A stretch of DNA of 64,000 nucleotides from Vicugna vicugna. Lineage: Eukaryota. The stretch spans positions 558,001 to 622,000 of the forward strand of contig MU058687.1 of the NCBI GenBank assembly GCA_013265495.1, read 5' to 3'. Below the pieces are notes generated by a model that was given only the letters and a program-made list of their open reading frames with translations, made no database searches and was not told where the DNA came from. Positions 51,930-64,000 of this stretch are shown in pieces; the first letter of the stretch is position 1; each line of letters starts with the position of its first letter. The position numbers were made by a program, and so were the translations under genes.

Positions 51930-54900
51930 ACATTGGCAGCTGCAGCAAGGCCAGGCTTCTCAGAGCCTGAAGCTGGGGCTGGAAAGGATGTGCTGAAATA
52001 TGTTGTCAGAAGTGCTGAGTGGATGTGGAGTGTGAAGTCGTTAAATCACTCCAGCAATGAGCCCAAATTAATCAGCTTCCAGTCAGAGGAGAGGAGAGAA
52101 GCAGGGTGAATGTGACGGAAACTGCCTCGTGGCCGGATAAAGCCAGGCCTGGTGACCTGGGGCAAGATTGGAGGGCAGGGCCTGGGGTAGCCAAGGGGCA
52201 AGAATGTTCAGAACATCTCCTGTAAGATGTCGCCTTTGATGTGGAGCAGGGGCGATCCTGGAGGGACCGCAGAGTGTCTTCTGGGAGACCTTTTTGAGGA
52301 GCCCGAGCATGGAGTCCTGTGTGAATATGGGGATGGGAGCTTGTGAGGACAAGAGAAGCCCTGGGCATGGCCACAGCAGCTCATGCTGGTTGCCCACAGA
52401 GTGAGAGAAAGAGCTCTTAGAGTTGCCTGGTCTGCTCGATGGGTGCCCTATAGCAGAAGAGCACCCATTTGGAAAGAAGCCCTTTCCTGGGTCCAGTCCA
52501 CCCTTGGAAGCACGAGCCCTTGGGACTCTGTCCTTCAGGTGTGGAGGCACCTGCCAGGCCAGCTGTCAACAGTCAGAGGCATCCCACCTGGGCCCTCTGA
52601 GCGCTGCTGGGGCGCCACCTGTGAGGGGAAGTGCATCAGGAAACCCATGACTTTCCTGAGCTGGAAGATCTTCTCCACTCTCCTTTGCCTGGGACTCCCA
52701 AGCTGGTGACCCTTGCTATCACTTGTGGGTCCATTCTCAGGCACTGAGAGGCCTGAAATGGATGGCAGGGTTCTCGTCCTTCCTGGGGCCTGGACGCAGG
52801 CTCTCCTGAAGAGTACCAGACCCGAATTCCTTGTGAGTGGAGCAGGGTCTTCTAGAAAGTAGGCAGTCAGGAAAGTGAGAGAGGGATTGAAGGAATATTG
52901 TGGGCTTGCCAGAACCAAGAGTTCAAACAGGTAAAGGGACCTAAATGCTGGGAAGGGATCTCAAAGGTGGGAAATGGGAGGACCCGGCTTTAGATACAAA
53001 GTGTCACTGAGCATTTGCTGGAAAGCAAATCCTCGTCTCTTTGCACACTTGTCCACAGAATTCATCCAGCATCAGGCCAATGTGTTTTAGTTCTTGCCAC
53101 ATGCCAGGCATTTCTCATGCACTATTTTATTTAATTTTTATAACAAACCTGCAAGGAAGTGGTATCACAGCACAGAGGAAGAATCAGAAGTTCAGGAAGG
53201 TTAAGAAATGGACCCAAGGTCACAGAGGCAGGTGGAGGCAGAGCAAGGATCTCCAGCCCAGGTCTTCTAGTTCCAGATCATAGCCAACTGCATGGGTGTT
53301 CCCTTGCATTTGGGCCTCAAGGGTCTGGAATACATTAGAAATGCAGGGAGTTACAGTAGCACCTGTTTGGCCCCTTGGATGCCTAGAGGGGTACTGGAGG
53401 TTGATTGTATTAAAATCTTACAGCCTGAAGGTTAGTTCTGTCCCCCTCATCCCACTTCTTGGAGTTGTTACTGCTATTGTTAGTAGTACTTGTCAGTCCA
53501 GCCTTGCTAAAGGGCGTGCAGAGGAAGCCAGAGGGCCAAGTAATACTAACTGATTAACCTGCCCCCTGGGCAGACTCCCACTCTTTCTGTGCCTCCATGG
53601 AAACAATAAGTAGTAGTTATTGAGCACCTTCTGTGTGATAAACATTGATTTTAGGCACTTTTGCTTATTTCATTGATCCACAAAACAACCCGAAAAGTAG
53701 GTTTTCTTATTTTATGTTGGAAGAGACTGAGACTGAGAGAGGGCAAGTAACTTGCCCAAGATCACACAGCAGTTTTTGTCACAGCTGGGAATTCCAGTTC
53801 AGGACTGGCTGATTTCCTGATTGCAACGCTTCTTGCAAATGTTTAAGTTCTGCATGTATGCTGGTTGCTTCCAGGAATGTTTAGGAGAAAGGTAAATACA
53901 AAGAGTGGTCAGGGTTAATTCTAATTCCTTATCCACTTCCCTCCAAGGCACCATTGCCACAGGTTCCCTGCCAACTGTCCTAAAAAGAAATCGTTTTGGC
54001 TGTCCAGGTTTCCTCCATAAATTGGAGCAGCATCTGGTCTTCAAAGAGAGCCAGGCATTCCAGGAGCCCATAACTGAGGGTCTGGATGACTCCTGGTTTA
54101 AGCGACCAGCTGGCACCAGGTCCTCTGGGAGTGTCTGTGGGCAAAGTCTGATCTGCAGACCAGTTATTCATTTGTCCAAATTAGGAAGCCGAGGAAAATG
54201 GTTCTGTTTACAGACTCCAGAGATGATCTGAATCCCAGGTCTGCACCTCCTCCTTTAGTGTTCCAGTCAAAATGCTGCTTCCATCTGAGAGCGCTGCCCC
54301 CCATCTCAAGTGCATGGAATCCTGGGGAAGCCAGGGCTATGTACCTTTCCAGGCATCCACACTGGGGTGTGGGTGGGGGGTCTATGTATCTCTGCCTTTG
54401 TTTAATCCACAATCCCTTCTCCAGAATATCTAAATCTAAACCGTGCTCTAAACAGACACATCTTTTATCTGTTTGCCATCAAAACTCATTCTTGGCAAAG
54501 CCAGATCTGACCTTATGCTCTTTATTTGTCCCTTATGAATATGTGTACATTTTGTTGGCGAAATCAGAACTGATGGGTTTGACTATGGGGTGCTGCTGCT
54601 GCAGGATGTTACATAACGTGTAACATGCATCACATATTTTCCCCCAAATCCAAAACATTCTGGAGTCTAGCCCCAACGTGTTCCAGTTAAGGGCTCTGTT
54701 GTTTTATAACTCACTGCATTCAAGCAGGAAGGTCATCTGCCTAAGAAGCAGGTGGCTTACTTAGATTCATAAAGAGAGCCTTCCCCACACTCTGTGGTCA
54801 GACTTGGAATTCCACCTTGGAATTCATCGCCAGGGGTTCATTCTTTGCTGTCTTCTCTGTGAAACCAGAAGTCACACCTTTATGTGGGTTAGTCCTTTTA

Positions 54901-55249
54901 GATTTTTCCTCTGTGGGAGAAGGCAGAGAGTAAGTGGGTACTTGCAGAGGGCGACAAAGTGCTAATGGGACAGCGGTCTCAGATAAACCGTAGGCTCTGG
55001 TTAGGGCAGAGGGTCTGCAGGACAGGCAGTGGCCGCTGGGGAGGGCTTTAAACAGCGCAGCAGAGCCAGACCAGGCAGGTGGCCGAGTTAACCCGAACTC
55101 GCATTGCGCACGGCTTTCTAGTGCACGGAGTGGAGCCATCCTGTAGCCTTCAAATTACATAAACTCTTTCCTTGACCAGTACCACTCAGCGTGGTCTGGG
55201 TCCACACTAGGGGAAGGCCTTGCACCTTGGCTCCGCAGCTCTCAGGAGG

Positions 55250-56600
55250 GCCGAGCAGGGACAGGCAGGTGACAAACCCTGCGGTGGCAAAGGCGCGGCT
55301 CTCCGAAAGCGGGACAAGAGATCGTTTTTCCCAACGGCCGCGGGCCGGTATGGGGATGGAGAGGCCCTGGGCGACTGAGGCTGCATCTCTATTTTTAGAG
55401 GTTCCTGGTTATTTAGAAATGAAGAAAGGCCAAAGCAGGGTTGCACACATTTGGGTCAACTTAACGGCGTGCGTGGACCTTGCAGTCTTTCCGCAGCCCC
55501 GCACGACGCGTGTGTGACCGCGGGGCTCTTTGGGAGCGGTGAGGGTGCGAGGAGCGGCGGCGCGGGCGCCCCCTGCTGGGTGTGGCCCGCCGCACTCCGC
55601 TGCAGACACTAGGCTGCCGCGGGCGGCCGGGGAGCTCACTCCGCCATCTGGCGGCAGCGGCGGGAACCGCGGGGGCGCGCGAACTCCGAGCCCCTGCATG
55701 GGCCCCCCCCCCACCCCGGCTGCCGAGGCAGCAAAGGGTTAAGCTGTCAGCAGCGCGATGTTAAACAGGTGTCAAAGGCCCCCCATATATCTGCAGATTG
55801 AAATCAAATTCTTTGCCGTATAAAAAGATAAATTACCCAGGCGCTGCCGCGCGTCCCACTCATCACGCCAGCGCCAGACGGCAAGCAATTTTTTTTTTTA
55901 ATGTGCTAACGACCTAATCAAGCAATCAAGTCGGAGAAGATTGCAGAGTGACCGGGGCAGCCATCTGCCGGCGAGCCCCGCATTCATTTCCCGCGCCCCC
56001 GCGTGGGGCGGTGGCCGGGGAGGGAGCTGCCGGGGCGAAGAGGGGAAAAAATCCTAAACAAATTAACACCCAATTTTCCCCGTCTAATTAGTTAAATGAG
56101 AAGTGTTTGGGGTCCCCCGGGGAGGGGGAGCAGCTCGCCGCGCGGTTCGCGCTGCCTCCCCAGCATTAATTAGTGCGGGTCAATGCCGCGGCTCCCGAGA
56201 GAGCAGCCGTTTTAATTTCCCGTGATATTTCAGTGCCTGAGGCCCATCGATTCAAACAGAAATTAACTTATTTTTCAATCAGCCCAGGGCTGCCCCTGGG
56301 GGTGACTCTTCTTTTGCCGCCTCTTGAATAGAGCTGGAGCAATTTTTCATCAAAAGCTGAAACCTCTGCTGACGCCCGGGGCGGGGGAGGGGGCTCAGAG
56401 GGAAAGGGCGGGGACTTGGCCGGGGCGACGGAATGGAAATCCGCCGAGGAAACTAATAGATTTCTCTCCCCGACCAACCCCCTCATCCCCCCGACTATCC
56501 GGAGCTCTTGGGCGTCTCGCCGCTCGCGGGGGTCAGAGCGTAGAGAGGCTGTACGGGGACAACAGGAGGCCGGCGGGCCTGGGGTCCTGCCAGCGCCCAC
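55250..56600. promoter_or_regulatory. Intragenic CpG island in VSX2 intron 3, with CTCF motifs and an enhancer-like core
   Basis: CpG-dense region. CTCF motifs at 55566-55579 and 55641-55655; embedded AT-rich homeodomain sites CTAATC at 55914, CTAATTAG at 56084 and ATTAATTAG at 56165. Confidence 0.75.
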
Positions 56601-57671
56601 CAATCTCCCGCTGGCCTCTCATCTGCTTGAAGGACAGTGCAGCGGCCCCTGGCTCTGACTCCTGTCAGCTGCTGAAAGTCCAAGGAAAGCTGCTTGGCGG
56701 GGACCAAGAAATTCCCCCTCCTTCAAGCATGGCAGAGACCCTGGGATTGCCTCCAAAAACCCAGCTGGAGTGCTGCAGATACGCCCAGGGCACCCCATAC
56801 TCATCAGACCCAGCACTGGTGAGCTTTGGGGCATCCTCTAGAGTGTCCCCCACACCACTCTCCTAGGTCCCCACCTCCACCTGCTCCTCACACCAGGAGA
56901 ATTTCTCTTCCCTCCCTCACTGAGGGATGGCTGCCCAGCTACCCCAAATATCATTCAGAGTCAGGTGCAAAAATTGTGATGTGCAGGTGAATGGAGGGCA
57001 CTGTGGCCTGGCCTGGCTTAGCCAAGACAGAGCAGAGAAGAAGGCTGACTCAGGCCTCCTGGGAGGGTCCCCTGCTTGCTTTCGGGTAGTTTCCAGGCTC
57101 CCTGATATCTGGATGAAATTCTATTTGCTGCCTGAGTCCACACTCACTGCTCCTACTTGGCACTGCTCTGGCCTCTGGTGTTCTGGTGGAGAGGGAACCC
57201 TGAACCAAAGGCACTGCTAGTCCAGTGGAGAGGACTTTGTCCTTCTGCAAGTCAGAAAATGCATTCTGTTCATATGCTGAAGGTGTACATATGAACACTA
57301 CAAAGGTCAGAATTCTCAGCTGCAAACTGAGGACTACATGGGAACTACCCACCTGCAAGACCTTGTCCAAGAGGAGTCCCTATCCCATCACCCTAAACTG
57401 CTTTGATCCAAAAAAAAACCCATTTTGCCCATTGTATTCTCAGGACTTGTGTCTCATTCTGGACACCCTGAGCCTGGAGGAACCCCAGGGCAACCACAGG
57501 GTGGGTAAGCTTAAATAAGGACGCCCTGCTGGAGAAAATGAAAGTCACAAGGGAATGAGGCTGTTGGCCATCAAAGGTGTGGGGACCTTAACTCCAGGAA
57601 GACATGGGGGTAAGGGCCTGGCCTCGGTGCCTCCTAGAGCATGCCCCTGACCTGTTCGCCTACACTTGTAG

Positions 57672-58067
<396 letters not shown>

Positions 58068-58611
58068 TAGACTTTTGCCCCTGTCTTTGGGTTCTTTTAT
58101 CCTGTGGGAAGGGTGTGGCTCTTGCCCCAGGGTCTGTATCCTCTTCCCTTGGCTGGAGCTCATGTTGTGGTAAACGAAACAGCCCCCCCTTGGGGGCTGA
58201 GGAGACCGCTAGGTCCCTTTGGTCACAATTCTGGCTTTGCCCAAAGGACTTCTTCCCCCTAAATCTCTCCACCTGCCATCCTCCCTCACCTGCCATCTGG
58301 ACCTGTGTTTGACAGCAGTACCAACTCGTGTTGGGGTTCTAAGATCTGGAATCCCAGGAGGGAGGGATAGGCGACCAAGTGCTGTGCTTGGGAAAGCATA
58401 GACAGGGTACCTGGGGGCTAGGCGCACAGGGACTTGGCTTGGAGAAGCCCTCTGCCAGCCTGGTGCCCCCCTTGCTGGTCTGCAGCCTCATCCCCCGGCC
58501 ACCTTTCCACTGCCCCGGCCCCAGCCCTGGGACTCGCGTGACTGCGGTGTATGCAGTAAGGCTCTCTGCTCGTCCTTAATTCTGGCCTCTCTCTATCTTT
58601 GCCGTTTTCAG

Positions 58612-58668
58612 TTCAAGATGGCTTTCCCAGGCGCTTTTCTAAACCCGAATACCAACAATTCTTTTTAG
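58612..58668 (+). CDS. VSX2: In-frame alternative 5' extension of VSX2 exon 5 (+19 aa)
   Basis: Strong upstream acceptor ctctctctatctttgccgttttcag ends at 58611. The extension is 57 nt with no stop and encodes (V)[18 protein letters not shown]. Confidence 0.7.
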   Translation, partial: FKMAFPGAFLNPNTNNSF

Positions 58669-58994
58669 GGATGCACAAAAAGTCGCTGGAGGCGGCAGCT
58701 GAGTCGGGGAGGAAGCCCGAGGCGGAGCGCCAGGCCCTGCCCAAGCTCGACAAGATGGAGCAGGAGGAGCGGGGCCCCGACCTCCCGGCCGCCATGTCCC
58801 AGGAGGAACTGAGGGAGAACAGCATCGCAGCGCTCCGAGCCAGAGCGCAGGAGCACAGCACCAAAGTGCTGGGGACTGTGTCCGGGCCCGACAGCCTGGC
58901 CCGGAACGCCGAGGAGCCGGAGGAGGAGGAGGCCACAGATGAGGACAGGCCAGCGGAGAAGCTGAGTCCACCGCAGCTCGAGGACATGGCTTAG
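58669..58994 (+). CDS. VSX2: VSX2 exon 5 coding part (CVC end and OAR motif)
   Basis: Acceptor ttctttttag; encodes [13 protein letters not shown]...[15 protein letters not shown]...[10 protein letters not shown]; 326 nt. The total CDS is 1086 nt, or 361 aa. Confidence 0.97.
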
Positions 58995-60672
58995 GTCAAG
59001 GGTTCGCAGACACCGGAACCCCAGGACTCTGCTCTCCTTGAGGCCTGCGGTGTTGGGAGGTGTCCTCTGAGGCAGGGCCCAGGCCTGGCCTCTGCCACCC
59101 TCCCCTGGCTCCACAGGCTCTCCATGACCCTGGGTGACTTCAGGCACAACTCAGTTCTGGCCAAGGCACTGGGCCATGCTGAGACATCCCTGCCTAGTCT
59201 TAACCTGTCCAGCATCCTCCTCCTCATTCTAACGGCCCTGCCTCAGAAGCCTTCTTGCTGCCCCAAACCACCCCCTCAAGTTGCTTTCACTCAATCCCTT
59301 GGCAATCCTCACTATCCAAAGCCACCGCTCACTCTCGGTTCTCCTGCTCAAAAAGCCCTTCTCCCCAGCTCAGCACCCCTGTGGATTTTGCTCTGTCCAG
59401 ACCCAAAGCCGCTGCCACAAACACACTGCCTGCCACAGTGGTGACAGGGATGGAGGACCTGCACTCCAGCACCAGTGTCCTGTGCGCCCCAGCCCTCAGC
59501 AAAACTCTCCTCCCCTGCCTGTGCCTGCTACTGTGTGGATGTACTGTCCTGCGGGCCCAGGCACAGCCTCTGCATTTCTGGGGCCCAGATTCCAGATTCA
59601 ATTTGGAGAACCCCAGCCTGGGCCTCTGGGCCACCCTCCATGTCATGCCCTCCATGGTCAGCCTCAGGAACCTGCCCTCTCCATACCCAGCCTGTCCCAC
59701 TCCTCCCAGCACAGGTGCCAGCACCACAGGTGGGGTGTACAATACCTGGGGCGAGTCCAGGGCCTGTGCCCGGCAGCCAGGGGGCACCTCACAGGTGCTG
59801 CGGCTCATTGCACTGTCGGGCCTGGGTTCTGAAGCATCCTGAGCTCCGATACGCTGCCTGTGACCCTGACTTGCTGTGCAAGGCATCCTTTCCCTAGAGC
59901 TTCTCACAAATTACTGATTTAAACATGCCCTGCCTCGGAGCAACCCAGTCCAGCTGTAAAATGAACACGCAGGAAATCACTGATCTTGACTCAGCTGATC
60001 CAGGCCATTCCCAGGAGGCAAAGACCCGTGTGGGCCTGGGGCTATAAACAGGCAACAAGGGTTGGTCATAAGAAGGGTATAAGAAAAGGCCTGAAGGAGA
60101 GCAAGGGAGGAGCCGGTGTTAAGACCCAAACTAGGCTGCAGGCACACATACCTTCATGCCAGGTATATGCCCTGGTGCATGTCCACCAGCGTAAGACAGC
60201 AATCATTTTGGAAAAGGGGGTAGGGGCTTCTTCCTGTCTGCTGATGGGAGGATCTGTTGTACCAATGGCCTCTGCTGCTGCCCCTTCCGCCCCCAGGCCA
60301 GGCACATGTCCCCCTCACCCTCCCCAAGGCATTTTCCTCTACCTTCCCACACACCTTTGCAGGGCGTCCCTTGCAAGAGAAAGGCCCGAGGGACAGCAAG
60401 TTGGGGTTTTAATTCCATATCAGAAGTTGATTTCTTCTTCAGTCCATTCATGGACCATCCCCCATTCTTGTCTTTGTCTCCCATTGGTTTGAAGTATTAG
60501 ACTGTAGCCCCTGGTGTGTAAATAATGTACATAGAGTGAGAAGAAAGAGACTTGATATTGAGGTGTTTGAAATATGGAAACTGTTTAACTTCTAGGTATT
60601 TGAAACCTGTGATTTCTGTGCCATTTTCTGTAAAGATACAAGTAAGAATAAAGTTGATGTAAAAACAGCAGG
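58995..60672 (+). other. VSX2: VSX2 3'UTR (end inferred)
   Basis: Runs from the stop codon to an AU-rich terminal block with AATAAA at 60647-60652. Confidence 0.7.
60647..60652 (+). terminator. Probable VSX2 polyadenylation signal
   Basis: AATAAA with upstream TGTA motifs and a downstream GT-rich tract (gtgtgtatttgtgtgtttg). Confidence 0.72.
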
Positions 60673-63001
60673 GGAGGGATCCAGGGGTCCTCTTAGGGTG
60701 AGCATGGTGTGTATTTGTGTGTTTGGGTAGCATAAAAAGTAAACCCCTGAATTCATTTTTAGGTCAAAATCACTAGATTCCTCTTTTACAATTACTCCAA
60801 CTATACAAGCACAGCGGCCTGCCATTTTCCACTGAGCTGACATCACCTTTCAATGACTTAGGTCACCGTCACATGGGACCCTCCATTGCAGGCACAACTG
60901 AAATATTCCAGCCATTGAACCACTAAGTTATTACCTCTGACTCCCTCCTGCACCCTACACAGCAGATTGCATTCACCTTTCCCTCTGGTCCTTGCTTATA
61001 AACAACCCAGTTACTTCACATCTCAAGTGAAGCCCACGGCCCACCTTGGCCCCCAAGAATACTGACTCCCTTTTGTGTACACATGTACACTCGAATCTCA
61101 CCTACAACTCAAACACAACAGCAAATGGAAAAGGCAGAGGCATTTAGAACTGAGTCGGAGAAACCTGTGCTAAGTTCCTGGGGCAGAGAAGGAGACAGCA
61201 CGAGGGACACGGCCTGAGATTGCTTACAGACAGCTGTATGCCACCGCCACCGACTTGATGTGATGGATGGAATCATAAGATTAGAGAGTGGAGGGAGCAA
61301 CTAGATAGGTTAGAGTTGAGCTTTTGGTTCAAGAAATCTCATAAGATCCTTTCATATTGGCTCAGATGTGGAGCCTGTCATCAAATGAGAATGACAAGAT
61401 CGGCAATCCCTGCATCCTGGACTGGGCCCAGGAGCAATCTTCCCGGGCCTGGAGCCTGGGGGGACACACGTGGGAGATCTCTGAATTCCATGTGGTGAAG
61501 GGAAAGACCCAAGAGCCTGGCTTCGAGTTCTGCCCACCCAGGGCTCCCCACTAGGCCTCCCCCGAGCATGTCAGGTCCCTGCAGGATTCACTGTCACCTC
61601 TTGGTCAAGGAGTGCCCTGCCCTTACCCTGCCACCCCCCTCCCCCAGCAAATGCACTGCCTCTCATTGTTCACACCGCCTCCTCCCTGAAGCCTCCTGCC
61701 CCTGCAGGCAGATTCTATCACCTTTATTCTCGCACAGCACTTGGGACATCCTCCATTATGGCATTTTATGCATTGTGTTGTAATATTTTATTTGCAAATG
61801 TAGCTTCCCCAGGAGAATGATTTCTTCAAGGATTGCGATCATATCTTTATTTATCCCCAGGACTCATCAAGTAAGAGTTACTCCACTCATTGAATGAATG
61901 TTCTTTCGCTAAGTCATCCATTTATTTAATAATTTAAAAACATTATTGAGCATCTACTGTGTACCAGGTAGTGGGGCACAGAACTGGGATATAGTGGTGG
62001 GCACAGCAGTGCCATTTGGAGGGAAAGACAGAATTCAAGTAAGATAACACTGCAAATGTCCTAAAGCCTCAGGGCCTGGAGATGAGGGACCATGACAGCA
62101 TATCCCTGAGACTTGGGTCAAGGTGTTTAACCTCTGAGCCTCTCCTGTGTTCTAAGTCAGAATAATGACATTCCCTCCTCCAGGCTCATCCTGTTCAAGG
62201 AAGAAGTAAGGACAATGGCAAAGGTGTCACAGGAACATGAGGAAAGGGTGGCCACACTATGAGCTGATGGTGGTGGGGGCGGTGTCCTTGGCAGCTGCCC
62301 CACCCTGTGTTAGATCTTGGGGACAAGAAGGACACTCAGAGCTGCCAGAAATCCTCCTGGACACCACCCAGGGAACACAGCACTGGGGATACAGGCCCAG
62401 TGGGAAGAGGCCCACAGCTCTGCAGAGGGACACACAAATGGGCCTGTGGGTAGACAATGAGGGGAGAGGCTGTGACACCACAAAGCGAAGAAATTGGACA
62501 GGAGAGGAAGGGCCTGAGCAGCCAGGGCCCGAAGGCTTAGGACTGAGAGAAAAGCTGCTGGGTGCTGACTGCACTGCAGGAGGGCCTTCTGCCAGAGGAT
62601 ACTGGAGAGCCTGGGAGGGAGATTTTATTCCAGGCTCTGCAGGCCCAACAGGCTGCCGATAGATGGCTGCATGTACCAAGGAGAGCCAGAGAGTGATCAA
62701 AGGGCAGGAGGGGCTGATTTATGAGGGCTGCCTCGAGCTGAGCTGCGGAGCAGGCCTGGCAGGGACAGGAGAGGAGGCTGGCTCAGGCCGGAGAGTGGCA
62801 AGTAGCGGATGGGAGCTTCCGAGGCTCAGCCCTTCATCCTACAAGAAAGGGGCCATGATCTGAGGGCTTTCTGGGACCTGGTCCATCCAGCCTCCTGCAC
62901 CCCCAGCTCACTGAGGGCCTTAGAGCCTTCCCCCTGCCCCCACCAGAGCTGCAATGCCTTCTCCCCTCAGATCCCCTCAGGGTGTGGCACCCTGCTTCAT
63001 C

Positions 63002-63677
63002 TGTTGTAGCAAAGGTACCATCCTAACACAGGAGCTCATCCTAGGGGAAACTGGGTGAGGGGGTTACAAGAACTCTCTGTGATATCGTTGAGATTGGAGG
63101 GGAGGCAGAGGGCAGGGTACAACCATTGAAGGAGTGACACAGCAACTGAGGACAGGACAAACTGGTTAAAATCAAGATGGGAGAAGCTTTGACTTCCAGT
63201 AGACCTTGAGCCTCTTGGCACACCCACAGGCACCATGACGGTTCCTAGGCTGACCATAAAAGGTAAAAAAAGTGGGTGGGGCCCAATTCCTGGAAATCCC
63301 TGCCCCTTCCCCATCACAGTTGGAATAATCCTCCTACTTGTTAGCATAGGAAATAACCAAGCTCATAAAACCTAACAACTCCCCATCTCACGGTGGCTCT
63401 CTTGCTTTCTGAGAGGGCCTGAGCTCTATCTATGGAGCGTGTACCTACTTTTGCTTTAAACTAAACACCTCCACGTCTCTTGCTCTCTCCCTCTCGCCTC
63501 TGGGCCTGCCTTCTGCCCATGGAATGTGTATCTCCTAAGCCGCTATCCCTTCTACAGTGAGACGACCCCATTCTGGCTGTGGAGTGTGTATCTCTCGGAA
63601 TAAACTTGCTTTCACTTTACTATGCCTTGCTCGTGAATTCTTTCCTGCACAAGGCAAGAACCTATTCTCTGGCAACA
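63002..63677 (+). mobile_element. Solo ERV LTR, about 676 bp
   Basis: Termini TGTTG...CAACA; flanks TCATC and TCCTC form a 5-bp TSD with one mismatch. AATAAA at 63599 is followed by U5-like cttgctcgtgaattctttcctgcacaaggcaagaacc. Confidence 0.72.
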
Positions 63678-64000
63678 TCCTCATTGTTTTTCTGTAAATC
63701 TAAAATTGTTGTATAAATCATTTATTTAAAAAAAAATTACGTTTGTTTTCTAGAGGGAAAGCAACAGATGGTTCCTTTGGGTCAGAGCAAGCCTGGGAGC
63801 CCCGACGGGCTGCTCCTCTTCTTGACTTTAACCCAGGGCTCTGCTTACTGAGTGTCACAGTTCAAGGCTCCCCAGGATCACCCAGGCACCCAAGACTCAC
63901 CCTCTGGGGAGCTAAGACTGGGTCAAAAGAGCTGGCCTCAACTGGTTCTATTTCCTGGTGTTTCCTTGCTGCCTGTTTCTCCTTTGGGTCTTCCGCTTGT

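Noticed and set aside
59255..60492. Long ORFs (195, 183, 192 and 168 aa) after the VSX2 stop
   Set aside because: They lie in the GC-rich 3'UTR, overlap in several frames and show no homology I can recognise.
61000..64000. Exons of ABCD4, the expected downstream neighbour by synteny
   Set aside because: No ABC-transporter coding sequence is visible; the gene presumably lies beyond the window.

Overview
Mammalian genomic DNA, most likely a camelid judging by its tRNA-Ala-derived SINEs. The window covers the LIN52-VSX2 locus, with both genes on the + strand. It contains the last intron, terminal coding exon and 3'UTR of LIN52; that intron carries a processed SUMO2 pseudogene. A ~31 kb intergenic region follows, holding several homeodomain-site-dense, enhancer-like blocks, one of which closely resembles the known Vsx2/Chx10 bipolar-cell enhancer. 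Next is the complete five-exon VSX2 (CHX10) homeobox gene: CDS 41165-41534, 42820-42904, 46824-46947, 57672-57852 and 58669-58994, totalling 1086 nt or 361 aa, plus an in-frame alternative acceptor adding 19 aa. The remainder is ordinary interspersed repeats (SINE, L1, MIR, MaLR/ERV LTR, MER DNA transposon). I found no convincing new protein-coding or defence-type system. The most notable observations are a convergent CTCF-motif arrangement around the enhancers and promoter, a decayed TATAAACCCT-headed tandem array in the LIN52 intron, two near-perfect tandem duplications that may be assembly artefacts, a K-to-R change in the VSX2 OAR motif, and tandem Pumilio sites in the VSX2 3'UTR. Comparisons with human/mouse sequences and repeat families come from recall, not from database searches.
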